From NCBI RefSeq assembly GCF_009914755.1, contig NC_060947.1: a DNA stretch of 64,000 nucleotides, one strand, 5' to 3'. The translations under genes and the position numbers were made by a program. Below the pieces are notes generated by a model. That model had not been told where the DNA came from and did not search any database. It worked only from the letters and a program-made list of their open reading frames with translations. This DNA comes from the human T2T-CHM13v2.0 reference genome, Homo sapiens. Shown piece after piece: positions 13,685 to 27,149 of the stretch; positions within the stretch are counted from its first letter, which is position 1; every line of letters starts with the position of its first letter.

Positions 13685-14190
13685 TGTTTCAGTTGTTTAT
13701 TACTGCATAAAACTCTTCCAATACTTAACAAAGTAAAACACCAGTCATTTATTATTATTATTACTATCATCTCTTCATGGTTTTGGGTGCTGACTGTACT
13801 CAGCGGGGCAGTTCTTGCTTCAAGTCTTTCATGCACTTTGATAGTGACAGGGACTGAAGTCATCTGTGAGAATGTCTGATCTTACATGGCTGGCAGGTAA
13901 TTCTAGCTGTAAACTGAGATCTCAAAAAAGGGTATTGACTGGAACACCTACAAGGGGGTCTTCTCATGTGGCCTTGGTTCCAAGGGTGAATATCCTGAGA
14001 GAGAGTGAGCCAGAGGGAAACTATGCCTTTTCAAACCTAGCCTCAGAAGTGGTGCAGCATCATTCTAGCCACATTTTACTATTTAGAAGCTAGTAACCAA
14101 GGCCAGCCTAAGTTCAAAATGAGGGGAATTCGGCTTCAGCTTTTAAAGAAGGCTTCAAAGAATTTGTGGGCATGCTTTCAAAACATTTCA
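13685..14190 (-). mobile_element. MLT1 (MaLR) solo LTR, MLT1F/G-like
   Basis: tgtttcagttgtttattactgcataaaac...cctagcctcagaagt...gaatttgtgggcatg, an antisense MLT1 pattern. Confidence 0.8.
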
Positions 14191-15407
14191 TATATCTTGC
14201 TCTTTGATGTTGATTATTACTTGTTTCAGATGGCTTCGTTTCCCTCTCTATGGCCCTGCCCCTCAGTGGCATGCACCCCACTAAGCCTATCACTATCACC
14301 ACCATTAACATCACCACAAAGCATTCACCACAATGACCTGGAACTCTATATCTTTTTGTCACTGTATTACGTCCCCAAAACTATGCAGCATTGCCAAATT
14401 CTATTTCTTTATGCTTAAGGGAACAAGGTGCTATGCTGAGATTAATATTAGCTTTCACTCTTTGTTGCTAATGATAATCTAAAATTTTAATGCTCCTCTG
14501 AATATAACAGGTACATTGATTACAGCTTCTGGACAATTGTAGTCATCCTAGTACCCTTAGTTTACTCAACAAAGTAAAATATATTCTTCATGTATTTTGC
14601 CTTTATGTATCAGTCAACTGTAGTACCTCATAAACTATTTTAGATTCCATTCAGCTGGTGATCTGTCTGGTCGGGTAGGGTCAAATCAAAAGGGCAATAT
14701 ATTCATGATAGAGTTGTAAATTTTTTTTAAAGTCGTTTTTACTGTAGGCACATGAGATCACTGGAGAGAATCAAAGGATTGGCTTTTATGAGTCCTGCCT
14801 GTATAGGACCAAGGTTCTTAGAAATTATCGCCTAAAATAGCATTTCATGTCCTTTGGAATGTGAAGCCTTGAAAACATTCCATATTAAAATCTTGCCCGC
14901 AGTCAAGGCAAAACTCAAAATATTTCTACAGTTAGAGAAGCAATGAGAATTATTAAGATGATAATATTTACAGTGTTTTGCAGTGGATATCTATGATAGA
15001 ATATAGTGAAGATTTTGCAGGTTGTTTGTATGCATGTGATGTAAATTTGTTTAATGGAAATGAAGCACATTTTGCTAAATCAGTACTACCCTGTGGCATA
15101 TATGTATAAAATCAGTCATTTCTAAATGAATGTAACTTGATCACTGAACTGGTATTAAATCATTATCCTATTTGTTACTCCACAATTTAATATTTTATGT
15201 GAAGTGAGTGACTTTTAACCTTCAAACTACCAATTTTAAAATCCGTTGACATCGTATGGTATGGTATATAATATATTTAGTTAAATTAGTATGTCCAATT
15301 TGAAAGACAACTCAACTTCTTTTCCTCAGTATAGCTATGTGAGATTTCCAACAGATGAGAAACTTCTCTACTGTGTTTAAACTTTGAATGTATTTACAGA
15401 GGGTTAA

Positions 15408-15784
<377 letters not shown>

Positions 15785-18391
15785 TTACAGTCACATGCTG
15801 GTGAAAATTGCCTTTGAAATAATTCATGAAGTAGGAAAAGCAGAATTTAAGTATCATACAATGTAATCCAGTTTTGGTTAAGATTTAGTATTTGTAAAAC
15901 ACTAGGGGATATTTAGTGTGTAAATATATTTAATAATATATTTTGTGTTATGTTAGCATTTTTATTATAGACCTTAACTGATTTTAAATAGACATTAAAA
16001 TCTTCACTTCCCTCTTCTGATTAGGGAGATGTTTCCATCTTATGCCTAGCATTACCCTCATAGTTCTAGAATAGTTAGAACAGTTATAGAGCACGTGAAT
16101 CATATTGTAGATTGAAAAAAATAGAATCATTTACTGAGAGGGCTGCAGACTACAAATTTTTAATAAATAAATATTTCACCATTTGTTGTGTATATTGAAC
16201 TTGAAAGAGAAAGTAAATTGTGTAGAATGTATAATTTTATATGGTGCTGTCTCTCTGTGTTAGTAATCAAATGTCCCTCTAGCAAAAGAAAAATAATTAG
16301 AGGACCTCTACCACCACCCCAAACACTCAGATCCGAAATAATGTGTCAAGACACACAATGTCATAAACCCTAGTGCTCTTCCTGGTTGCTGTTTTGCTGT
16401 CATGAATTGACACCATTAACACAACTTCAATTACATTATCAATCAGTTCTCCCTGAACTAACAGATTAGTTTGTTTCTTTCTTACTTTCCCTGTAAACTA
16501 TAATTGACTTAGTTTTTCCTAGGTATCCATCTACCTGAGAAGTAATTATAATTGGTTACAGAAGACCTAGGCAATAGTTAATAATATTTTAAATTAGACT
16601 GTGCCACAAGGTGGCAGACTTGCAGGTCCAGAATTGTCTTTAATAAGTATTATCCATATCATAGGCTATGAAGTGTCAGCCTAGTGAATCCAGTTTATAA
16701 ATATTCCTTATCCCACCCATATAGGACTTTAGTCTCTTAAGCTTACTTCCCAATGGCACAAGGCAAATAGCGCATAGGGAGGGTATAGAGAAATACTGCC
16801 TATTTCTGTCTAGAAAATGACTAGAAGAAAGAAGAAAAGGAGGGAGAGAACGAAAGAAGCAGTCACCAATTTCCCTGCTTGTGGCTGCAGAGTATAGGAA
16901 GGAGCTATCTCTGATAAATAAGGATAACATTAAAGTCTGAGAAGGAGGCTACTTGAGAGATCTAGAAAAGGTTTACTTCTTGGGCTGCCCCCTCTCCTAC
17001 CAACCTTGAATGAGATTCTAGGAACTTGGCACTTTGATGGGATCTGACAGATGGAAGCCCTGAAATTTCCTTTCCTGAAGAAACCCCAATTCATATATGT
17101 CACGGGTATTCAGTCAGGATCTGGCTGGCCTGTCAAAAGGAACCCTGTAGCTGACAAGCTAATAGATGTGATAGGGGATCAATTGCAATCAGCAACCTGG
17201 AGCCAGTGGAGACTGAGTTGAGGACCAATCATACGAACCAAACTAAAAGGGACCAGATCACTAACTGAACCAATAACAGGCTTCAGCCATGACTACTAGC
17301 AAGGTTAACTGCGTCCATGTTTACAAGGAATGTTGTGAGAGACCAGGAAAATAGAGGGCATCACTTTGGAGGACTTTGGTCCCTTTTCATGTCAAGGTGA
17401 TCTTTAAAATCCCTCTCTCAATATAACACAAGACCACATTAAGGTGAGAAGCAGGGGCAAGTGGAGGCTTTCTGGGAGTCCAAATATTTTATCCTGATAA
17501 TCTGCATCTCTGAAAGATGCTTCTCAATATTATTGGACTAAGTTTAAACAAGATTAAATATTTAGTGATAATTTTTCTCCATTGACCAAGTTGGTGATTG
17601 ACGTGGTCTCCGAATGACAAAATAAATGAATTTTCATTTAATTTGAGTTACATTACCCTGCAAGAGAGGAGAGACAGTGTTCTTTCAGCTCCCCTCTTAG
17701 AGTAGGAAATAGTCTCCTTTTTTTTCTCTATCATATCATTGGAGAAAGGGAGGGAACACTGCAGCACTCTTGTGTTTTGAAAATATTCTGTGAATGTGAA
17801 TTGATGTGCAAATGATTATTCACATTGAGAAAAAAAGAGCTTTCTTTAAGCTCCATCTTCATAATAAAAATTAGTCTTTAATTAGAGTACTAGAGCTTAC
17901 TGAAATTAAGAAGCTGTGTTTTGCACAATAAATAGTAGGGACTCAGTACAAATTGTCATCACCATTTTAAAGTCTGTCTTCTCCTATGTTCCTTGTCTAC
18001 AGTATCTTACACACTAAACCAGTTCTCCACCATCGTTGTGCGTGCTATCTCTCTGGTCCTTCTATCTATCAATCCATCAGCTTCCTTCTGGTTTTACTTG
18101 TGCCTTCCAAGCTTTGGCCCCATGAGTAGTTGTGTTAATGATGAAAGTGCCAAGTTTTGTGTTTATCTTGATGCTCTTCAATGGGGGACTGCCAGGAATA
18201 CCTATAGTCAACAAAGTTGAGTTAACTGTAGCAACAAGAAAGACTAAACCGTGAAGAACAGTGGGACACTTCAAACAGGAGTTGAGGAAGTGAACGTTTG
18301 TTCTGAAGTGTATGTTGCAAAAAGCAAGAACACTTTTTTTCAGGGTGGCAGAAGAAACTGAGCAGGGCTAGAATCACCACTGGGGAATAAA

Positions 18392-19026
18392 TAATACAGG
18401 AGATAGAAAGAAATTATTCTGGCAGATAGTAGGGCAAGAGTCCTTGGCAGAATTTCTTTTCTAGCAAAAAGCAACCCCCAAAATCATTTCTTTTGTAACA
18501 ATGAGCAGCCTGAAAAATCAAGCTGCAAATACAGATAAGGAAGCTGCAAGATTGCATGGGGGAGTGCTAGCAGTTGCGCCAATAGAAAAGGGCTACCTGG
18601 GGGCCAGGCATGTCCAACATGGAGGTTCCATCTTCCCTTTTTTTGTTACCACGTGTACAGTAATAAAGAAATGAGCAACATGGAGCAGCTCAGGCAGAGA
18701 TCCTGCCTGCCTAACAAAAAATTAGCAGGGGGCAGCCAGAGATTCACTCCCTATGCAAATGGCACAACTGGTCCAATCAGTTTTTCGTGCCCTATGTAGA
18801 CCAGGCAGCACCTCCCCACCAGCTCATCTATAAAACCCTCTGCATTTCACCCCAGGTCTGGCAACCCACTTTTCCAGGACCTCTCTCTGCAGCAGAGAGC
18901 TGTTCTCTTTCTTTCGCCTATTAAACTTCCACTCTCAACCTCATTCTTTGTGTATCCATATCCTTGTTCTTCGTGGAAATGAGACAACAAACCTCGGGTG
19001 TTACTCCATACAACAAGGTCGTTTCA
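18392..19026 (+). mobile_element. ERV1 solo LTR (MER50/LTR43-like; family uncertain)
   Basis: t(a)atacaggagatagaaagaaattatt...TATA-like ctataaaa, poly-A signal attaaa, ends gtttca; flanks taaa/gaaa; colinear with the copy at 55185. Confidence 0.8.
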
Positions 19027-19299
19027 GAAACAGAAGTCGATTAAGTTAGCAGAGAGAGAAGAATATTTGGTCCTTTTTGTGGTTGCACAGAGGTTTTGTT
19101 TATGTTGTGCTGTTTAAATTTTTGTTGCAGTGGTATCATAGAGTATCGTCGTTTTCATCTTGTTTTATCACAGTTACAGAGAATTCTCAGCCAATGTTGA
19201 TGTTCTATGAAATTATGTTCAGCCTGAATTTACTATAGTCTATCTCGTAGCAATAAGGCCAACTATCAGCTATCAAGTCTTAGGGCTCTTGGTTTCTTT

Positions 19300-19652
<353 letters not shown>

Positions 19653-20764
19653 AGGGATCTTATTTTCTTTCTCACATAGAAACTTTCACACTCTGAACTA
19701 CCAGATCTGTCATTCCAGTTACCAAGCTTTTGCTGTCAAGAGTTGATCTGAAGAAAATTCTAATTATTTGCCTTGAAAATCCATTACAAATTAACGTTTT
19801 CTAACCCCACGTGCTCTTTCACTGCTCCTCATCAATAAAAAAAAACCTCTTGTTGAATTTCTATTGTGATCACCTAAGCCACTTCAGACTTTTTATACAC
19901 TCCTCAGTGGTATAATTTAATCAGCATCTTACTCTTAATAGATGACTACATCTACAAACTAGTTGAAAGACTGACTGCATATAATTAGAAAATTCACTAT
20001 CTAAACACCTTCCTTCTTCATTGACTCTAGATGATTCCGTAAATTTAAGCTCAACCTCTCATCCCAGGGCAGGACTTCCAATTTACTTTCGAAGCTTCTA
20101 ACTCCCCTGATTCCATGTTATCTAACTGCCTTTGATGATATCCAATCAATTCTTTCCTCTATGTCTTCCTTCTTATTTTTATATAATAAATGACAGTTTC
20201 CTCTTGTCCACCTACATTCTTTTCCCAAACTAAAAATAAGCTAACCTATTCATCCTTGAGCTCTTATTTATTAACACACTTATTTGCCCTTATTGCCTTT
20301 ACTTATTTTCTTTTTATCTTAAAAAATGAAAAGTGTCAGAAAATTACAGAGAAATATATAACACCAAGAATTAACAAGTATTTATTTTTTAATGTTTTTA
20401 TTTTAAAAAATCTTTACTACTGTAAAGATTTGTCGTCTTACAGAATGTAAGAATTACCTTGGCTAAAGGTCAGCATGTCATATAAAAGTAATCAAGTTCT
20501 TTTCTGGAATTTCTGTTTCACTCTTAAAATTACTTTGATCTCCAAGTCATCATATCCTGAAACTCTATTGTTCTGACTTTTCTTTTTTTCACCTCCAAGA
20601 GTAGTTCATTAAGTCCTAACGATTTTCCCTTCTCATAATCTTTCACAATGGTTGTTCTATCTGTGGGCAATGTCACCTCCAAGGCCTAAGCCTTATTAAT
20701 TAATACAGAAGTCATTCCAATATTTCCTTAATGTTATCTAGAGTCTCCTATATCCAATTATTAA

Positions 20765-21056
20765 TTTTTTTTTTGAGATGGAGTCTCGCTCTGTTGCCCA
20801 GGCTGGAGTGCATTGGCACGAGCTCAGCTCACTGCAATCTCTGTCTCCCGGGTTCAAAAGATTATCCTGCCTAGGCTTCCCTAGTAGCTGGGATTACAGG
20901 TGTGCACCACCACACTCAGCTAATTTTTGTATTTTTAGTAGAGACAGGGTTTCACCATGTTGGCCAGGCTGGTCAGAAACTCCTGACCTCAAGTGATCTG
21001 CCTGCCTCAGCTTCCCAAAGTGCTGGGATTACAGGCGTGAGCCACTGCACCTGATC
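20765..21056 (-). mobile_element. AluS (Sx/Sz-like)
   Basis: Antisense Alu dimer; tccaatta on both flanks. Confidence 0.93.
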
Positions 21057-21551
21057 TCCAATTAATTTTTCTTACTTTCAGATTTACCTTCCTGAAATAC
21101 CACAATAACTTTTTCCCTTATTTGTTAAAAAAAAGTCAAATACACATAAAATGTGTGCACATATTCTTTTAGCTGATTGTCAAAATTCTCCAAAAGAGAA
21201 TTGTTTCTGCTACATTGGTGGAAGAGCCCTGTGATCCTGCCAGACTCAACTACTCACCATTCCCTAATAATGCACTTTTCTTCTTCTATATTGTTTACCC
21301 TGTATACAATTCAGTCTTCTTCATTTCTCTTTTGATATCTACCCATCCTTAAGATAATTTGGCCTTCGTTACCTTGTTGGCTTTACTGATTTCCCTAGAT
21401 CTTGTTTATATATGACTTAGTTTGAGTCATTTTTATGGGTCCTGTTATATGACACATAGAGACAATTCCTTTTATTAATATTTCTTTCTCATATAATTAC
21501 TTTTGAAGAGATGAATTTTCATGGTAAAATTAGCTTAAAATATTCATCTTG

Positions 21552-22190
21552 GGATGATATAGTCAACATGTTGAAAGAAAAAGTAAATTGCAGTCAAGAA
21601 TACTATACCCAGAAAAGCTATCCTTCAGAAATTATGGAGAAAAAAAGTATTTTCCAAATGTGCAAAAACTGAGATAATTCATCACTAGTATACTGGCCTT
21701 ACAATAAATGCTCAAGGGAGTCCTATTCTGGAAGCAAAATGACAATAATCACTATCATGAAAACAGGCAAAAGTATAAAACTCACTGCTAGAGCAGATAC
21801 ACAAAGGAGAAAGATAAAAGAATCAAAACTTAGCACTACTGAAAACCAACAAACCTCATTTATAAACATTAAGAGAGGAAGAAAGGAACAGAGGATGTAC
21901 AAAACAACCAGAAATCAATTAACAAAATGACAGGAGTAAGCCCTCACCTATCAATAATAACCTTGAATATAAATGATTTAAATTCCTCACTTAAAAGAGA
22001 CAGACATGCTGAATGAATTAAAGAAAACATGACGCAACTACATGCTGCCTACAAGGAACTCATTTAATACATACAAACTGACCATGAAGGGATAGAAAAA
22101 GATATTCTACACAAAATGAAACCAAAAATGAGCAGGAGTAGCTATATCTATATCAGATAAACAGACTTTAAGTCAAAAATTAGAAATATA
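21552..22190 (+). mobile_element. L1M (L1MA-type) fragment spanning ORF1 end, inter-ORF and ORF2 start
   Basis: agaatactatacccagaaaagctatccttc (ORF1 C-term) and atgacaggagtaagccctcacctatcaataataaccttgaat (ORF2 endonuclease start); frames disrupted. Confidence 0.85.
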
Positions 22191-24971
22191 TAGAAGAGTC
22201 TGAAGGGCGCTCTGTACATATGGTCAAATACTTCTCAGGCGTGACCAAGAAAACATGTTCAAACAACTTCTTCCATCTACATTAGATAGCCAGGTTGTGT
22301 TTTCTTTTAGTTTAGATGAAAATTGTTCCATTTCACCTGTGATGTTAATCTAGGTACAATATGAAGTTATTTACCAGATTTTTGCATCTATAATGTAATC
22401 TTTAAACCTTTTCATTGTTTTTTATCTGTTGTATAAGAGGTCTTTGCCTAAAGGCTTTAGACATAGCAACCCATTAGACTGAAAACATATCAAAGAATTT
22501 CCTTTCAATTCTGTAGAATTTCTTTTACTGTGGGCCTCTACCTTGATTGACAATTTCTCTGGGTAGCATAATGGCATTAAGTATATTAGCTCTCAGTGCA
22601 TATATTTACTCTTTTATTTTTTTAGTAATTTGACATTTCTAGAAAGAGCCACACTTTAGTCACTTGAATTTATTTAGCTTCTAGTTAAGGAACTGGATTC
22701 TATAAGAGGCTGGACTAGTTATTATAGATGAAGTAATACATATTAAATAGGATACTAATTAATATATGTTAATAGAAGAACTACTATGAATGTATAGCAT
22801 TGTTTTTTCCAACCATGTGAATGCAAACTGCTTCTGATTCTTCTTATTGAATGATATAGAAAATAATGCATTATTAGATCAATAGCTGCAAACCGTGTCT
22901 CAAAGTTTGCATTATTGTGCTCTAGTAAACAAACCCAATTCAATACAGCAGCTGCAATAACAGCTATTACATAGTTAAGTTTGCAGTAGTCTATGGTTAT
23001 CTGTGATAACCCATCCACTCTGTGATTGGCCAGATTGATTAATTAAATGGAGTTATGATAGAATGCCCCCCAAAATAATAAAGCTACTGATGAAGACAGA
23101 AGCCTGATTAGAAGTTTATGAATTTACAACTCTCTAATTATTAAATAAGCATGCCACTTATCTGTTTAGTTTATATACTGTTCACATTAATTATATGCCA
23201 CTAATAAAATTATTTGAATTTCCAAAAGCATCTCCATTCTCATCAGTTTCCCAATTCACACTCATAATTCCTTGGCTCAAAATTTAATCTTCCATATTTT
23301 CATCTAAATTTGCCATTGATATTACATTCACTCAAGTGACCCAATATTTTGGATATTTTTGTTTCCATAAGTAAAAAAATGATGTATGGGGATTATTTCT
23401 TCCTTATAGGATTAAAATAAACCATTATGTGAGCCCTTTAGAATTTCATCAAAAACATTTTTGATATTGGGAAATAATATAACCACAAATCTCAGCTAAG
23501 TGGTAATCTTCCTTGATGTTGAAATTCCATTGTTTTAACATACAGTCCCAAGAATATGAGTTCTCATACAGCACTGAATCCTTATCACAAGAAATTGTTG
23601 CTGATTCTGCTGGCTGTAGCCCAGCTCCTTTAGTAATTTTTCTCCACTGAACCAAAATGAATAATAAAGTATGTTCTCTGTGCTCCTTAGCACCCACATA
23701 TCTCCACCCACCCATCTTCTGTTCCACAACCAAAAAATAAACCTACATACACTTTTAAATATATTATGGTGGATCTAATTTAGAATTCTATACCAGGATG
23801 TTAACATATTTATTATTTCTCATAAATATGCTCCAATGCCAAAATTGGCCATTTCTCCTAAAACTGATAAAAGAGGTACTTTCCTTCTGTACATTAATTT
23901 GATATCACTCTTAAATATTATTTATTACCTGATATAAAATTATTCAAATGTAGTATGTTTGTATTACAAGTTACACAGTTATTAAAATACTAAGATATTT
24001 TTTAAAATGGTGTACTCCCTCTAACAAGTGAGAATAAAAAATAGAAAGATATTTACCATGAGTCAGGAAATTTGAGTCACTTATATGTGCAAAAATAGAT
24101 AAGCTTCAGTAGTTCAAAGATTTGAGCCACATGTCAAGGACAGCATTGAGTGACAAGTATTAGGAGCACTTGGTCTTCACAGAATAGAATGAAGTGTTAG
24201 GAAAAAAATTAACACCATTTCTCTACAAAGTGTTTAGGAATAGCTGAGAACTTTCAAGGCTATAAACTATGAAAAATATCCTGGGGTAACCCTAGTAGGG
24301 ACAGAATGCTTCCAGTTCATGGGATAATAGTATTCAAATCTGAACAAGTTTCAAAAGAATTACGGATTCCTAAGTCAGCATTGCTCATTTTTCATCTAAA
24401 GTATGCTGCCCTTCCCTATTATTTACTTTTTTATATATTCTTCTTGTCTTAACAAAAAATTTAGCCCTGTTGTATTGAGTCATGAGAGAATAAAACTCAT
24501 GGCAAAAATCTAAAGTACGTTGTCAGTGATAAATTTAAGCAAACCTCTGACTTCCATGGACAATTTAGTACTAAAATCAACCCAGTTAGTCATATTTTCT
24601 TTTATACTCCTAGCTGTTTGGTAGAGAACAGATTAAGAACATGTGTGTTTGTGTGAATAAGCTCATCTTCACATTATGAATGATGTAGGCCTCATCTCCC
24701 TGGAATCCAACACAACTGTATTTGTTGGCCTAGTAAAGATGCACAGTCACGGTAAGCATGGTTTCTTGTGGATGTCTTTATTTTCCAATAGCATACCATG
24801 CCAATGAAATTCAATTTCTAGTCTTGGAGATGGGCAGGAATTCACTCTCCATTGCACAGATTCATTTATAGCTTCTCTATAACTGCCTAAGATATTAAAA
24901 GGCAGTATGACACTAATATGTTTTTACAACTCAGGATTATATTTGTAATTTTCTAATTTAACATTATAGAT

Positions 24972-25364
24972 TGTTAAAGAAAAACTATTCGCGACATTTG
25001 TTAAAGATAGTAAGGCAGACTTTATTCAAAGTCCAACAAGGACAATTGGGGGTATATAATAACCAGTGAACATGGTGGCAGATCAGTGGATGAAAAATTA
25101 CTAAGAGAAAATATCAAGAATAAGGGATTTCTGGCTAAACTAACTTGATAAGATCATTGCTGAAGACAGACCAGAGTTACAAGATGTTAAGAAGGGTGGT
25201 CAGATACCAAGGGTGGGGGATTTTCCCTAAACATTCTTGGTGGAATTCTTGCTCAAACTAGATTCTGCAGGGACGGGGAGGGAAGTCCAAGGTCCAGGAT
25301 AATCAAGCAGGGGATTCAGAGGAGCTTGGCTAAGGTTTTGGTTAAAGGAGAGAGTTTTTTGCCA
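24972..25364 (-). mobile_element. MER31 solo LTR (ERV1)
   Basis: Minus strand starts tggcaaaaaactctctcctttaaccaaaaccttagccaagctcctctga; TG...CA ends; perfect 4-bp TSD agat at 24968-24971 and 25365-25368. Confidence 0.8.
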
Positions 25365-26373
25365 AGATGTTCTCAGTCCTTATGCTAGATAGGGAATATG
25401 AACACAGTAGACCTAGACTTTTGATTTTGAAGGCAACTTTATTATTTCTGCACCAGAGAATAATCAAAAGAATTAACACCTCCGTGGGAGTTAGGGATCT
25501 GATACTCTGTCTTTAAGAATTATAATAGCCCAAGGCTCAAATACTACTGGGTAAAGAAATATCTGAGTGGAACAACATTAATCGGCCACTGTTATTATAA
25601 CCCAGGATCATCATATGGGCATAGATTGGGAATGTGTTTATTGCCTTGGTTTCAATGACTTGCCTTATGCATGTATCCCAAAAGGGTCCCTTGCAGGGTT
25701 GTCTGCAAATCAGCATAGTTTAAATTCTCAAAATGCCACAAAGTAGCAATTCTTTTAATCACTTATTAAGATAATCAATAAAAGTGAGCATTTTGTAACA
25801 AGAATGGGCCATTAGGAGAAATGCAAACAGGAGAATGGAGAAAATAATCTATAGCAAATGAAAAAAACAGAAGTTCAAAGTTTTAGCTACTTTAATGGAG
25901 ATGGTCATCATTTATTTTGCCCTCTCAAACATTTTGTATGTCGTTATGTAAAAGAAAGTTAAAGCCATCATATAAGAGAATACCAATCCATTCTTCCCAC
26001 TTATGGTCAGACACTGAGGTTCTGAATTTCTTACACGGAAATGCTCTGAAGCTTTCTTCAGGTTTAAGAGATTCAGAAACTGGTAGGGAAAATGAAAATA
26101 ATTTAGACTAAATGATTTTTTTATTGCCCCTGTGGGAGGGAAACAAAAATGACTCAACTGTTTTAATAAGGCTTAAGGTTCATTTAAAGAATCTTCATGA
26201 TTCATCTGCCTTTATTTTTTCTGTCATGAAACCACTCAACGCTGTTCCCAAAAGAAGAGACAGAAATGATAATAAGGAGGATACCAGCATATAAAGATAA
26301 TGACTGGTAAAATTAGTTTAAAAAGTTAAACAAGGCATAGAATTCAGACAGTAAATGTTAGTCTTAATGGGTG

Positions 26374-26408
26374 GTGTGTGTGTGTGCGCGCGCGTGTGTG
26401 TGTGCACA
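26374..26408. repeat. (GT)n(GC)n(GT)n alternating purine-pyrimidine tract
   Basis: Direct reading. Confidence 0.9.
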
Positions 26409-27149
26409 AATTATTTTCATTTTATGGCTATCACATATCCACAGATGATGCTTAACTGAAGTCAAATTCATTTCTCAACTTTCAAGATAATAAGTTATCT
26501 CAGAAATAACTGCAACTTCTTATAAACATAACCATTGTAAAGTATTTTCAAAGTTGAGAAGTGAAATTATTCTTTTTTCTGTAGTTCAGTGAGTAGACTA
26601 AAAGTATATATTTTTTTCATTTGTTTTATTTTTCTTTTTTTGTCATGTCGCTAGACTGGAAATGCTGATTCATTAGCCTCTGATGATTGTGGTGCCTGCA
26701 AAGTACCTTACTTAACAGTTTGTCTCAACACATTTATTTACAAGCAGGTCATATGGCATGTAGGTGAGATGCTCTGACTTTCACTGTTGCTTGAGAAAGG
26801 CTTTGACAGAACACAGTCAGTTCCTCCCTAGGCATCAGAGTCTGGCAATGAAAACTCCTGCGTATGGTCCCTTTTGGTTTACCCAGTATTATTTCTGCTC
26901 TTTTGAAAAATATTGCTAAAAATGACTGATCCCCTTTACCCCTCTACAATATCTATATTGATTAAACAAACAAAGAAAAAATGGTGAGTAGGCTTTGGCA
27001 AAGAAAACACTGGAAATTATTCCACTGCCAGCAAACCTGCAAGATAATTAAATATATTTTTGTTTAGGCTGGAGTTTTTTATAATATATTTTTCCATCTT
27101 CTGCAGTATTTTTGTAATCAGTTTGGACACTCCTCAAGATAATTGCCTA

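Noticed and set aside
16480-17620. Possible ancient LTR (MamGyp/LTR78-like) around the CTCF-like site
   Set aside because: Composition is suggestive, but I could not match termini or a consensus with enough confidence to list it
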